Assembly: GCA_965285935.1 (NCBI GenBank)
Contig: OZ260662.1
Coordinates: 70,866,001 to 70,930,000, forward strand
Source: Ophelia neglecta
Lineage: Eukaryota
Direction of reading: 5' to 3'
Length of the DNA: 64,000 bases
Shown: piece after piece, positions 51,905 through 64,000 of the stretch
Layout: the number at the start of each line of letters is the position of its first letter
Position numbering within the stretch: position 1 is the first letter of the stretch
Program-made: the position numbers and the translations under genes
The notes under the pieces: generated by a model
The model's database searches: none
What the model was told of the DNA's origin: nothing
Seen by the model: only the letters and a program-made list of their open reading frames with translations

Positions 51905-52185
51905 CCCATCAGACTCATCACCGCCAAATCTAACTTTGTATCTCGATGCACCAGTGATGTTGAATGAGTAGCCTATAAAATTATACGGCCCTGGCGGATT
52001 TATCATCTTCAGTAGTAAGCCGACCGTGGTGCTTGTGCCGGGGACAGTGTATGAGCCACTTGGACTTCCAAGCCAAGCTGGACTTGCGTCACTCGTAACT
52101 TCTCCATCAGGAGAAGTCCCAAATAGAGCGATTTCAGGGTTTCTCGTGTTGAAATCAAACACAGTTGATTCCAAACAAGGCGTAA
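51905..52185 (-). CDS. Type II module exon A, unit 3
   Basis: 281 nt, open. Confidence 0.85.
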
Positions 52186-52313
52186 CTAGAATGGTGCAAA
52201 AAATAATAAGGCAGTGCACTGCAAGCTTCCTAGAAGGCAAATAGTTATATGCTAGGGGTTTTGCGAGATATATGGCAGAAGCACTTTTCCACTAAAGATA
52301 ATTCGATACGTAC

Positions 52314-52910
52314 CACTAACAGTTGACGACAACGTAGTTTGCGATGTTGAGGGAACAGTAGTTGTAACGGTAGAACTTGCGGTAGTTGTGGGTGCCGTGG
52401 TTGTTAAGGTAGTGGGTGCCGAAGTTGAGGCAGTAGAAGGCGCGGTAGTTGTGATAGTCGTTGGAGCTGTTGTCGGCGAAGTTATGGGTGCTGTTGTCGG
52501 AATAGTTGTGGGTGCAGTAGTGGGACCAGTTGTAGGAGCTGTTGTCTGCACAGTTGTGGGTGCTGTAGTTTGAGCAGTTGTGGGTGTTGTTGTCGTCACA
52601 GTTATTGGTGCTGTAGTTGGTGTAGCAGTAGATGATGTTGTTGGAGCAGTTGTGGGGGCTGTTGTGGGCACAGTTGAAGGTGCTGTAGTCGATAAAGTTG
52701 TGGGTGCTGTAGTTTGAGCAGTTGTGGGTGCTGTAGTTGGAGCAGTTGTTGGTGCTGTAGTCGGTGTAGAAGTAGGTGATGGTGTTGGACCAGTTGTGGG
52801 TGCGGTTGTGGGCGCAGTTGTGGGGCCTGTTGTCTGTGCAGCTGTGGTAGCTGTGGTTGGAGCAGTTGTGGATGCTGTTGTCGGCACAGTTGTCTGTGAT
52901 GTAGTTGGTC
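52314..52910 (-). CDS. PTS exon, type II unit 3
   Basis: 597 nt, open. Confidence 0.88.
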
Positions 52911-54195
52911 CTGAAATATTTAACATGTAATCAAGTATCGCTTTCATGCCCGCAAATAGAATTCCACGTCCTACCGTTGCAAATTATTAAAGTAGACTTG
53001 ATCTAATAGCTGTAGTATTTCATGGTGACGTCGGGCTAGTCTGGCATACCTCGATAGTTACATGTGTGCCCTAGGTCTGATTTATATTACATAGTCCTGA
53101 ATAACAATGCATATTTTAAAAATAAATGCCTTGTATTCATTCAAAGCGCGAGGGAAAACCTCCAAAAAACAAAGTAGAAACCAACGGGTAACACGGACGA
53201 ATGGAAGAGTTTTTAGAACATATTTTCGGGTAAACCCATTGTAAATTCTAGGGGACACGAGACCACTCAAACCAAAAAGCCTTTTAAACTGCTAAAAAGG
53301 AAAGTGTTGTGTTTGATTCAGTAACAAACAGTAAACCATTTCCAGCTTGAATGGTTCTGATTTGTCCATATGTTCAAAGTTGACAATTACATATTTATCG
53401 AAATAGTTTCAAATAATGGAACAAATGTATGATGAATATTAACTTATAAGTGGTGTCTTGTTGGACCTTCTGGCAACAGGGTCATGTCAGTCGGCCCCAC
53501 CTGATTTTACGGAGAGGAGGTGTTGTCTTTTCTCGAATTGAAAGTCTTAGCGGATTAAGGGACGTATATCTATATACACAAGTCTTGATTAAGTATTTTT
53601 GTGTCCGAATAAAAATCCAATTCGACGTAAGGAAGAGGAATCTTTTGGCAGGGTTTCTGCCGCTGGACTGCCCTATTCTGAACCATGCTTTAGGTCGCCT
53701 TAGTTCGTTTGCGCTCTTGTGTCTGCATTCAACATACTTTTACAAGTATGGCCTTTAAATTTTTAAATTTAGTCAACTGACAGCAATGACAATAAACAAT
53801 TATATTACTCGTTCCTATCAACTTTCGTCATTAAGGGAATATTAGGAGATAAATGGCATTCAGACTGGCAAGGCAATGATTGACATAAAACACCTGAAAT
53901 TAGGTTTCGAACTGACATCCTATATGTAGGATGGATCTGCTGCTGTCCAGAGCTTTTCAAATGGAACCGATTATATTCTCTCTAAATGCATATTATCACA
54001 ATAGAAACCTAATTTCCTTGTCTTTAGCCTAATCTGATACATATTAACTCGTTTCAAGCTTTGCCTAAATAACCTTAATATAGCAAACTCCTGTTTTCCT
54101 TCTCATGCAGAAGCATCTGTTATAATTGGAAATAAACATTTTACGTGGTTTAAAATGGAAGACATAAGTCAAAGTTGATTAGAAAAATCTATTAC

Positions 54196-54349
54196 CTGGT
54201 GTGAAATATTCGCAAATTTCAACAGATAAGTCGTTAATTATGACATCACTTGATCCATTGCGATAGAAAACAAATTCCACTTCGTTGCCCGTTTTACTTA
54301 TACCGTAAAGTTGTATTGTGTCAGTGGCATCAGGGTTATCAATCGGCTC
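54196..54349 (-). CDS. Type II module exon B, unit 4
   Basis: 154 nt, open. Confidence 0.85.
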
Positions 54350-55035
54350 CTATGCAACATGGAAAGCGGCAAGACACCATTACTAATCACCACAACTAGT
54401 ATTACATACCCAAATATTGTGGTTTGAAGACAAAATAACGGCCAATAAACAATATCTGAGGAAGGATTCAAATGTTTTCTTTCAACTTGAGTCGAAAACT
54501 TAAATTTTAGCTAGAGACATATAACAACAACTGGCCAAACGAAGAACTTGAATTCCAAAAAATGATTTCAGGAACAAACCAATCCATTCAAGGCGCCCAC
54601 TAGGTTATATATGCGTCTAAAAGTAAAACAAGTTACGAGCCATTTACAATGACCCCAATAGACGAATAAGTCCATAGAAACTGCACAGTTGGGTTGATTC
54701 TTCTGACAATATATTCAAAGAATAGCTAGGTGTTAATTCGTTAGGCCTTATTACACGTAGCTGTTAAGGGTCGGACGCATGTTATCAACAGCAGCATAAC
54801 ACTATATTGTGTCTATGGGAATAGATAATGCCCTCCTCTTTCATAAACTAGGATCCTGTCCTGTTTTCGGCCCATTTTCCTCAGATATCCTTTTATTGCT
54901 ACGAACTTGAAAAGTCAGACGCATAATTACATACGAATATTTAATACATGTATATATATGTATATATATATATCTTTTTTCAAGCAGTCAACAAATATTG
55001 CTCCTACTTGAGCGGTCAACAAATATTGCTCCTAC

Positions 55036-55316
55036 CCCATCAGACTCATCACCGCCAAATCTAACTTTGTATCTCGATGCACCAGTGATGTTGAATGAGT
55101 AGCCTATAAAATTATACGGCCCTGGCGGATTTATCATCTTCAGTAGTAAGCCGACCGTGGTGCTTGTGCCGGGGACAGTGTATGAGCCACTTGGACTTCC
55201 AAGCCAAGCTGGACTTGCGTCACTCGTAACTTCTCCATCAGGAGAAGTCCCAAATAGAGCGATTTCAGGGTTTCTCGTGTTGAAATCAAACACAGTTGAT
55301 TCCAAACAAGGCGTAA
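55036..55316 (-). CDS. Type II module exon A, unit 4
   Basis: 281 nt, open. Confidence 0.85.
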
Positions 55317-55444
55317 CTAGAATGGTGCAAAAAATAATAAGGCAGTGCACTGCAAGCTTCCTAGAAGGCAAATAGTTATATGCTAGGGGTTTTGCGAGAT
55401 ATATGGCAGAAGCACTTTTCCACTAAAGATAATTCGATACGTAC

Positions 55445-56041
55445 CACTAACAGTTGACGACAACGTAGTTTGCGATGTTGAGGGAACAGTAGTTGTAACG
55501 GTAGAACTTGCGGTAGTTGTGGGTGCCGTGGTTGTTAAGGTAGTGGGTGCCGAAGTTGAGGCAGTAGAAGGCGCGGTAGTTGTGATAGTCGTTGGAGCTG
55601 TTGTCGGCGAAGTTATGGGTGCTGTTGTCGGAATAGTTGTGGGTGCAGTAGTGGGACCAGTTGTAGGAGCTGTTGTCTGCACAGTTGTGGGTGCTGTAGT
55701 TTGAGCAGTTGTGGGTGTTGTTGTCGTCACAGTTATTGGTGCTGTAGTTGGTGTAGCAGTAGATGATGTTGTTGGAGCAGTTGTGGGGGCTGTTGTGGGC
55801 ACAGTTGAAGGTGCTGTAGTCGATAAAGTTGTGGGTGCTGTAGTTTGAGCAGTTGTGGGTGCTGTAATTGGAGCAGTTGTTGGTGCTGTAGTCGGTGTAG
55901 AAGTAGGTGATGGTGTTGGACCAGTTGTGGGTGCGGTTGTGGGCGCAGTTGTGGGGCCTGTTGTCTGTGCAGCTGTGGTAGCTGTGGTTGGAGCAGTTGT
56001 GGATGCTGTTGTCGGCACAGTTGTCTGTGATGTAGTTGGTC
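55445..56041 (-). CDS. PTS exon, type II unit 4
   Basis: 597 nt, open. Confidence 0.88.
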
Positions 56042-57326
56042 CTGAAATATTTAACATGTAATCAAGTATCGCTTTCATGCCCGCAAATAGAATTCCACGT
56101 CCTACCGTTGCAAATTATTAAAGTAGACTTGATCTAATAGCTGTAGTATTTCATGGTGACGTCGGGCTAGTTTGGCATACCTCGATAGTTACATGTGTGC
56201 CCTAGGTCTGATTTATATTACATAGTCCTGAATAACAATGCATATTTTAAAAATAAATGCCTTGTATTCATTCAAAGCGCGAGGGAAAACCTCCAAAAAA
56301 CAAAGTAGAAACCAACGGGTAACACGGACGAATGGAAGAGTTTTTAGAACATATTTTCGGGTAAACCCATTGTAAATTCTAGGGGACACGAGACCACTCA
56401 AACCAAAAAGCCTTTTAAACTGCTAAAAAGGAAAGTGTTGTGTTTGATTCAGTAACAAACAGTAAACCATTTCCAGCTTGAATGGTTCTGATTTGTCCAT
56501 ATGTTCAAAGTTGACAATTACATATTTATCGAAATAGTTTCAAATAATGGAACAAATGTATGATGAATATTAACTTATAAGTGGTGTCTTGTTGGACCTT
56601 CTGGCAACAGGGTCATGTCAGTCGGCCCCACCTGATTTTACGGAGAGGAGGTGTTGTCTTTTCTCGAATTGAAAGTCTTAGCGGATTAAGGGACGTATAT
56701 CTATATACACAAGTCTTGATTAAGTATTTTTGTGTCCGAATAAAAATCCAATTCGACGTAAGGAAGAGGAATCTTTTGGCAGGGTTTCTGCCGCTGGACT
56801 GCCCTATTCTGAACCATGCTTTAGGTCGCCTTAGTTCGTTTGCGCTCTTGTGTCTGCATTCAACATACTTTTACAAGTATGGCCTTTAAATTTTTAAATT
56901 TAGTCAACTGACAGCAATGACAATAAACAATTATATTACTCGTTCCTATCAACTTTCGTCATTAAGGGAATATTAGGAGATAAATGGCATTCAGACTGGC
57001 AAGGCAATGATTGACATAAAACACCTGAAATTAGGTTTCGAACTGACATCCTATATGTAGGATGGATCTGCTGCTGTCCAGAGCTTTTCAAATGGAACCG
57101 ATTATATTCTCTCTAAATGCATATTATCACAATAGAAACCTAATTTCCTTGTCTTTAGCCTAATCTGATACATATTAACTCGTTTCAAGCTTTGCCTAAA
57201 TAACCTTAATATAGCGAACTCCTGTTTTCCTTCTCATGCAGAAGCATCTGTTATAATTGGAAATAAACATTTTACGTGGTTTAAAATGGAAGACATAAGT
57301 CAAAGTTGATTAGAAAAATCTATTAC

Positions 57327-57480
57327 CTGGTGTGAAATATTCGCAAATTTCAACAGATAAGTCGTTAATTATGACATCACTTGATCCATTGCGATAGAAA
57401 ACAAATTCCACTTCGTTGCCCGTTTTACTTATACCGTAAAGTTGTATTGTGTCAGTGGCATCAGGGTTATCAATCGGCTC
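57327..57480 (-). CDS. Type II module exon B, unit 5
   Basis: 154 nt, open. Confidence 0.85.
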
Positions 57481-58166
57481 CTATGCAACATGGAAAGCGG
57501 CAAGACACCATTACTAATCACCACAACTAGTATTACATACCCAAACATTGTGGTTTGAAGACAAAATAACGGCCAATAAACAATATCTGAGGAAGGATTC
57601 AAATGTTTTCTTTCAACTTGAGTCGAAAACTTAAATTTTAGCTAGAGACATATAACAACAACTGGCCAAACGAAGAACTTGAATTCCAAAAAATGATTTC
57701 AGGAACAAACCAATCCATTCAAGGCGCCCACTAGGTTATATATGCGTCTAAAAGTAAAACAAGTTACGAGCCATTTACAATGACCCCAATAGACAAATAA
57801 GTCCATAGAAACTGCACAGTTGGGTTGATTCTTCTGACAATATATTCAAAGAATAGCTAGGTGTTAATTCGTTAGGCCTTATTACACGTAGCTGTTAAGG
57901 GTCGGACGCATGTTATCAACAGCAGCATAACACTATATTGTGTCTATGGGAATAGATAATGCCCTCCTCTTTCATAAACTAGGATCCTGTCCTGTTTTCG
58001 GCCCATTTTCCTCAGATATCCTTTTATTGCTACGAACTTGAAAAGTCAGACGCATAATTACATACGAATATTTAATACATGTATATATATGTATATATAT
58101 ATATCTTTTTTCAAGCAGTCAACAAATATTGCTCCTACTTGAGCGGTCAACAAATATTGCTCCTAC

Positions 58167-58447
58167 CCCATCAGACTCATCACCGCCAAATCTAACTTTG
58201 TATCTCGATGCACCAGTGATGTTGAATGAGTAGCCTATAAAATTATACGGCCCTGGCGGATTTATCATCTTCAGTAGTAAGCCGACCGTGGTGCTTGTGC
58301 CGGGGACAGTGTATGAGCCACTTGGACTTCCAAGCCAAGCTGGACTTGCGTCACTCGTAACTTCTCCATCAGGAGAAGTCCCAAATAGAGCGATTTCAGG
58401 GTTTCTCGTGTTGAAATCAAACACAGTTGATTCCAAACAAGGCGTAA
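58167..58447 (-). CDS. Type II module exon A, unit 5
   Basis: 281 nt, open. Confidence 0.85.
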
Positions 58448-58575
58448 CTAGAATGGTGCAAAAAATAATAAGGCAGTGCACTGCAAGCTTCCTAGAAGGC
58501 AAATAGTTATATGCTAGGGGTTTTGCGAGATATATGACAGAAGCACTTTTCCACTAAAGATAATTCGATACGTAC

Positions 58576-59172
58576 CACTAACAGTTGACGACAACGTAGT
58601 TTGCGATGTTGAGGGAACAGTAGTTGTAACGGTAGAACTTGCGGTAGTTGTGGGTGCCGTGGTTGTTAAGGTAGTGGGTGCCGAAGTTGAGGCAGTAGAA
58701 GGCGCGGTAGTTGTGATAGTCGTTGGAGCTGTTGTCGGCGAAGTTATGGGTGCTGTTGTCGGAATAGTTGTGGGTGCAGTAGTGGGACCAGTTGTAGGAG
58801 CTGTTGTCTGCACAGTTGTGGGTGCTGTAGTTTGAGCAGTTGTGGGTGTTGTTGTCGTCACAGTTATTGGTGCTGTAGTTGGTGTAGCAGTAGATGATGT
58901 TGTTGGAGCAGTTGTGGGGGCTGTTGTGGGCACAGTTGAAGGTGCTGTAGTCGATAAAGTTGTGGGTGCTGTAGTTTGAGCAGTTGTGGGTGCTGTAATT
59001 GGAGCAGTTGTTGGTGCTGTAGTCGGTGTAGAAGTAGGTGATGGTGTTGGACCAGTTGTGGGTGCGGTTGTGGGCGCAGTTGTGGGGCCTGTTGTCTGTG
59101 CAGCTGTGGTAGCTGTGGTTGGAGCAGTTGTGGATGCTGTTGTCGGCACAGTTGTCTGTGATGTAGTTGGTC
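58576..59172 (-). CDS. PTS exon, type II unit 5
   Basis: 597 nt, open. Confidence 0.88.
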
Positions 59173-60457
59173 CTGAAATATTTAACATGTAATCAAGTAT
59201 CGCTTTCATGCCCGCAAATAGAATTCCACGTCCTACCGTTGCAAATTATTAAAGTAGACTTGATCTAATAGCTGTAGTATTTCATGGTGACGTCGGGCTA
59301 GTTTGGCATACCTCGATAGTTACATGTGTGCCCTAGGTCTGATTTATATTACATAGTCCTGAATAACAATGCATATTTTAAAAATAAATGCCTTGTATTC
59401 ATTCAAAGCGCGAGGGAAAACCTCCAAAAAACAAAGTAGAAACCAACGGGTAACACGGACGAATGGAAGAGTTTTTAGAACATATTTTCGGGTAAACCCA
59501 TTGTAAATTCTAGGGGACACGAGACCACTCAAACCAAAAAGCCTTTTAAACTGCTAAAAAGGAAAGTGTTGTGTTTGATTCAGTAACAAACAGTAAACCA
59601 TTTCCAGCTTGAATGGTTCTGATTTGTCCATATGTTCAAAGTTGACAATTACATATTTATCGAAATAGTTTCAAATAATGGAACAAATGTATGATGAATA
59701 TTAACTTATAAGTGGTGTCTTGTTGGACCTTCTGGCAACAGGGTCATGTCAGTCGGCCCCACCTGATTTTACGGAGAGGAGGTGTTGTCTTTTCTCGAAT
59801 TGAAAGTCTTAGCGGATTAAGGGACGTATATCTATATACACAAGTCTTGATTAAGTATTTTTGTGTCCGAATAAAAATCCAATTCGACGTAAGGAAGAGG
59901 AATCTTTTGGCAGGGTTTCTGCCGCTGGACTGCCCTATTCTGAACCATGCTTTAGGTCGCCTTAGTTCGTTTGCGCTCTTGTGTCTGCATTCAACATACT
60001 TTTACAAGTATGGCCTTTAAATTTTTAAATTTAGTCAACTGACAGCAATGACAATAAACAATTATATTACTCGTTCCTATCAACTTTCGTCATTAAGGGA
60101 ATATTAGGAGATAAATGGCATTCAGACTGGCAAGGCAATGATTGACATAAAACACCTGAAATTAGGTTTCGAACTGACATCCTATATGTAGGATGGATCT
60201 GCTGCTGTCCAGAGCTTTTCAAATGGAACCGATTATATTCTCTCTAAATGCATATTATCACAATAGAAACCTAATTTCCTTGTCTTTAGCCTAATCTGAT
60301 ACATATTAACTCGTTTCAAGCTTTGCCTAAATAACCTTAATATAGCGAACTCCTGTTTTCCTTCTCATGCAGAAGCATCTGTTATAATTGGAAATAAACA
60401 TTTTACGTGGTTTAAAATGGAAGACATAAGTCAAAGTTGATTAGAAAAATCTATTAC

Positions 60458-60611
60458 CTGGTGTGAAATATTCGCAAATTTCAACAGATAAGTCGTTAAT
60501 TATGACATCACTTGATCCATTGCGATAGAAAACAAATTCCACTTCGTTGCCCGTTTTACTTATACCGTAAAGTTGTATTGTGTCAGTGGCATCAGGGTTA
60601 TCAATCGGCTC
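60458..60611 (-). CDS. Type II module exon B, unit 6
   Basis: 154 nt, open. Confidence 0.85.
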
Positions 60612-61303
60612 CTATGCAACATGGAAAGCGGCAAGACACCATTACTAATCACCACAACTAGTATTACATACCCAAACATTGTGGTTTGAAGACAAAATAA
60701 CGGCCAATAAACAATATCTGAGGAAGGATTCAAATGTTTTCTTTCAACTTGAGTCGAAAACTTAAATTTTAGCCAGAGACATATAACAACAACTGGCCAA
60801 ACGAAGAACTTGAATTCCAAATAATGATTTCAGGAACAAACCAATCCATTCAAGGCTTAAGCGCCCACTAGGTTATATATGCGTCTTAAAGTAAAACAAG
60901 TTCCGAGCCATTTACAATGACCCCAATAGACGAACAAGTCCATAGAAACAGCACAGTTGGGTTGATTCTTCTGACAATTTATTCAAAGAATAGCTAGGTG
61001 TTAATTCGTTAGGCCTTATTACACGTAGCTGTTAAGGGTCAAACGCATGTTATCAACAGCAGCATAACACTATATTGTGTCTATGGGAATAGATAATGCC
61101 CTCCTCTTTCATAAACTAGGATCCTGTCCTGTTTTCGGCCCATTTTCCTCAGATATCCTTTTATTGCTACGAACTTGAAAAGTCAGACGCATAATTACAT
61201 ACGAATATTTAATACATGTATATATATGTATATATATATATCTTATTACAAGCAGTCAACAAATATTGCTCCTACTTGAGCGGTCAACAAATATTGCTCC
61301 TAC

Positions 61304-61584
61304 CCCATCAGACTCATCACCGCCAAATCTAACTTTGTATCTCGATGCACCAGTGATGTTGAATGAGTAGCCTATAAAATTATACGGCCCTGGCGGATTT
61401 ATCATCTTCAGTAGTAAGCCGACCGTGGTGCTTGTGCCGGGGACAGTGTATGAGCCACTTGGACTTCCAAGCCAAGCTGGACTTGCGTCACTCGTAACTT
61501 CTCCATCAGGAGAAGTCCCAAATAGAGCGATTTCAGGGTTTCTCGTGTTGAAATCAAACACAGTTGATTCCAAACAAGGCGTAA
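61304..61584 (-). CDS. Type II module exon A, unit 6
   Basis: 281 nt, open. Confidence 0.85.
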
Positions 61585-61712
61585 CTAGAATGGTGCAAAA
61601 AATAATAAGGCAGTGCACTGCAAGCTTCCTAGAAGGCAAATAGTTATATGCTAGGGGTTTTGCGAGATATATGGCAGAAGCACATTTCCACTAAAGATAA
61701 TTCGATACGTAC

Positions 61713-62309
61713 CACTAACAGTTGACGACAACGTAGTTTGCGATGTTGAGGGAACAGTAGTTGTAACGGTAGAACTTGCGGTAGTTGTGGGTGCCGTGGT
61801 TGTTAAGGTAGTGGGTGCCGAAGTTGAGGCAGTAGAAGGCGCGGTAGTTGTGATAGTCGTTGGAGCTGTTGTCGGCGAAGTTATGGGTGCTGTTGTCGGA
61901 ATAGTTGTGGGTGCAGTAGTGGGACCAGTTGTAGGAGCTGTTGTCTGCACAGTTGTGGGTGCTGTAGTTTGAGCAGTTGTGGGTGTTGTTGTCGTCACAG
62001 TTATTGGTGCTGTAGTTGGTGTAGCAGTAGATGATGTTGTTGGAGCAGTTGTGGGGGCTGTTGTGGGCACAGTTGAAGGTGCTGTAGTCGATAAAGTTGT
62101 GGGTGCTGTAGTTTGAGCAGTTGTGGGTGCTGTAGTTGGAGCAGTTGTTGGTGCTGTAGTCGGTGTAGAAGTAGGTGATGGTGTTGGACCAGTTGTGGGT
62201 GCGGTTGTGGGCGCAGTTGTGGGGCCTGTTGTCTGTGCAGCTGTGGTAGCTGTGGTTTGAGCAGTTGTGGATGCTGTTGTCGGCACAGTTGTCTGTGATG
62301 TAGTTGGTC
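61713..62309 (-). CDS. PTS exon, type II unit 6
   Basis: 597 nt, open. Confidence 0.88.
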
Positions 62310-63593
62310 CTGAAATATTTAACATGTAATCAAGTATCGCTTTCATGCCCGCAAATAGAATTCCACGTCCTACCGTTGCAAATTATTAAAGTAGACATGA
62401 TCTAATAGCTGTAGTATTTCATGGTGACGTCGGGCTAGTCTGGCATACCTCGATAGTTACATGTGTGCCCTAGGTCTGATTTATATTACATACTCCTGAA
62501 TAACAATGCATATTTTAAAAATAAATGCCTTGTATTCATTCAAAGCGCGAGGGAAAACCTCCAAAAAACAAAGTAGAAACCAACGGGTAACACGGACGAA
62601 TGGAAGAGTTTTTAGAACATATTTTCGGGTAAACCCATTGTAAATTCTAGGGGACACGAGACCACTCAAACCAAAAAGCCTTTTAAACTGCTAAAAAGGA
62701 AAGTGTTGTGTTTGATTCAGTAACAAACAGTAAACCATTTCCAGCTTGAATGGTTCTGATTTGTCCATATGTTCAAAGTTGACAATTACATATTTATCGA
62801 AATAGTTTCAAATAATGGATCAAATGTATGATGAATATTAACTTATAAGTGGTGTCTTGTTGGACCTTCTGGCAACAGGGTCATGTCAGTCGGCCCCACC
62901 TGATTTTACGGAGAGGAGGTGTTGTCTTTTCTCGAATTGAAAGTCTTAGCGGATTAAGGGACGTATATCTATATACACAAGTCTTGATTAAGTATTTTTG
63001 TGTCCGAATAAAAATCCAATTCGACGTAAGGAAGAGGAATCTTTTGGCAGGGTTTCTGCCGCTGGACTGCCCTATTCTGAACCATGCTTTAGGTCGCCTT
63101 AGTTCGTTTGCGCTCTTGTGTCTGCATTCAACATACTTTTACAAGTATGGCCTTTAAATTTTTAAATTTAGTCAACTGACAGCAATGACAATAAACAATT
63201 ATATTACTCGTTCCTATCAACTTTCGTCATTAAGGGAATATTAGGAGATAAATGGCATTCAGACTGGCAAGCAATGACTGACATAAAACACCTGAAATTA
63301 GGTTTCGAACTGACATCCTATATGTAGGATGGATCTGCTGCTGTCCAGAGCTTTTCAAATGGAACCGATTATATTCTCTCTAAATGCATATTATCACAAT
63401 AGAAACCTAATTTCCTTGTCTTTAGCTTAATCTGATACATATAAACTCGTTTCAAGCTTTGCCTAAATAACCTTAATATAGCGAACTCCTGTTTTCCTTC
63501 TCATGCAGAAGCATCTGTTATAATTGGAAATAAACATTTTACGTGGTTTAAAATGGAAGACATAAGTCAAAGTTGATTAGAAAAATCTATTAC

Positions 63594-63747
63594 CTGGTGT
63601 GAAATATTCGCAAATTTCAACAGATAAGTCGTTAATTATGACATCACTTGATCCATTGCGATAGAAAACAAATTCCACTTCGTTGCCCGTTTTACTTATA
63701 CCGTAAAGTTGTATTGTGTCAGTGGCATCAGGGTTATCAATCGGCTC
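63594..63747 (-). CDS. Type II module exon B, unit 7 (rest of unit outside window)
   Basis: 154 nt, open. Confidence 0.85.
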
Positions 63748-64000
63748 CTATGCAACATGGAAAGCGGCAAGACACCATTACTTATCACCACAACTAGTAT
63801 TACATACCCAAATATTGTGGTTTGAAGACAAAATAACGGCCAATAAACAATATCTGAGGAAGGATTCAAATGTTTTCTTTCAACTTGAGTCGAAAACTTA
63901 AATTTTAGCTAGAGACATATAACAACAACTGGCCAAACGAAGAACTTGAATTCCAAAAAATGATTTCAGGAACAAACCAATCCATTCAAGGCTTAAGCGC

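Larger units (their letters stand above)
25472..64000 (-). other. Gene span: giant SCO-spondin-like / gel-forming mucin-like secreted glycoprotein (5' end outside window)
   Basis: more than 40 exons with canonical splice sites and continuous phase from 63747 down to a stop at 25472, except one frameshifted exon; PTS repeats plus TSP1, TIL, VWC-like and cystine-knot domains. Confidence 0.9.
43100..64000. repeat. Intragenic tandem array of ~3.13-kb three-exon cassettes (type II), more than 6.5 units, continuing past the window end
   Basis: exon B ends at 44870, 47925, 51059, 54196, 57327, 60458 and 63594 (spacing 3055, then 3131-3137); introns nearly identical. Confidence 0.97.

Noticed and set aside
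42929-62000. Plus-strand Val/Gly/Ala-rich ORFs (MGAVVGAVV...)
   Set aside because: Antisense shadows of the Thr/Pro/Ala codons of the minus-strand PTS exons
44122-63901. Recurrent intronic ORFs (MVSCWTFWQQ..., MSGLVSPRIY..., MEFKFFVW..., MSVASGLS...)
   Set aside because: They recur only because the cassette is duplicated; they vary in length or break between units and show no protein motifs

Overview
AT-rich, intron-rich animal DNA, probably a marine invertebrate (lophotrochozoan-like; the taxon is inferred, not proven). Four genes are supported. (1) The last five coding exons of an IA-2/PTPRN receptor phosphatase-like gene (+, 608-7424). (2) A two-exon, signal-peptide-bearing ~225-aa protein I cannot assign to any family (+, 14542-16814). 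(3) An intronless ZIP/SLC39 metal transporter (-, 20061-21101) with an unusual TM4 metal-site motif. (4) The 3' ~38.5 kb of a giant secreted SCO-spondin-like/gel-forming mucin-like gene (-, from beyond 64000 to 25472). Its C-terminus is VWC-like, TSP1, TSP1, TIL, VWC-like, TSP1, VWC-like, cystine knot. Its body is built from tandemly amplified genomic cassettes (introns included), each encoding a Thr/Pro-rich mucin segment plus an unassigned ~141-145-aa two-Cys beta-rich module. There are two cassette families: ~3.8-4.1 kb with microexons, and ~3.13 kb near-identical units. One module copy has decayed, one edge copy is frameshifted, and the units show higher-order mosaicism. Also present: TA-flanked MITEs, a tRNA-derived SINE nested in a decayed Penelope-like element, an L2/CR1-type LINE scrap, and several mini- and microsatellites. 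All exon boundaries were read by eye from GT/AG signals and phase continuity; none is transcript-verified.
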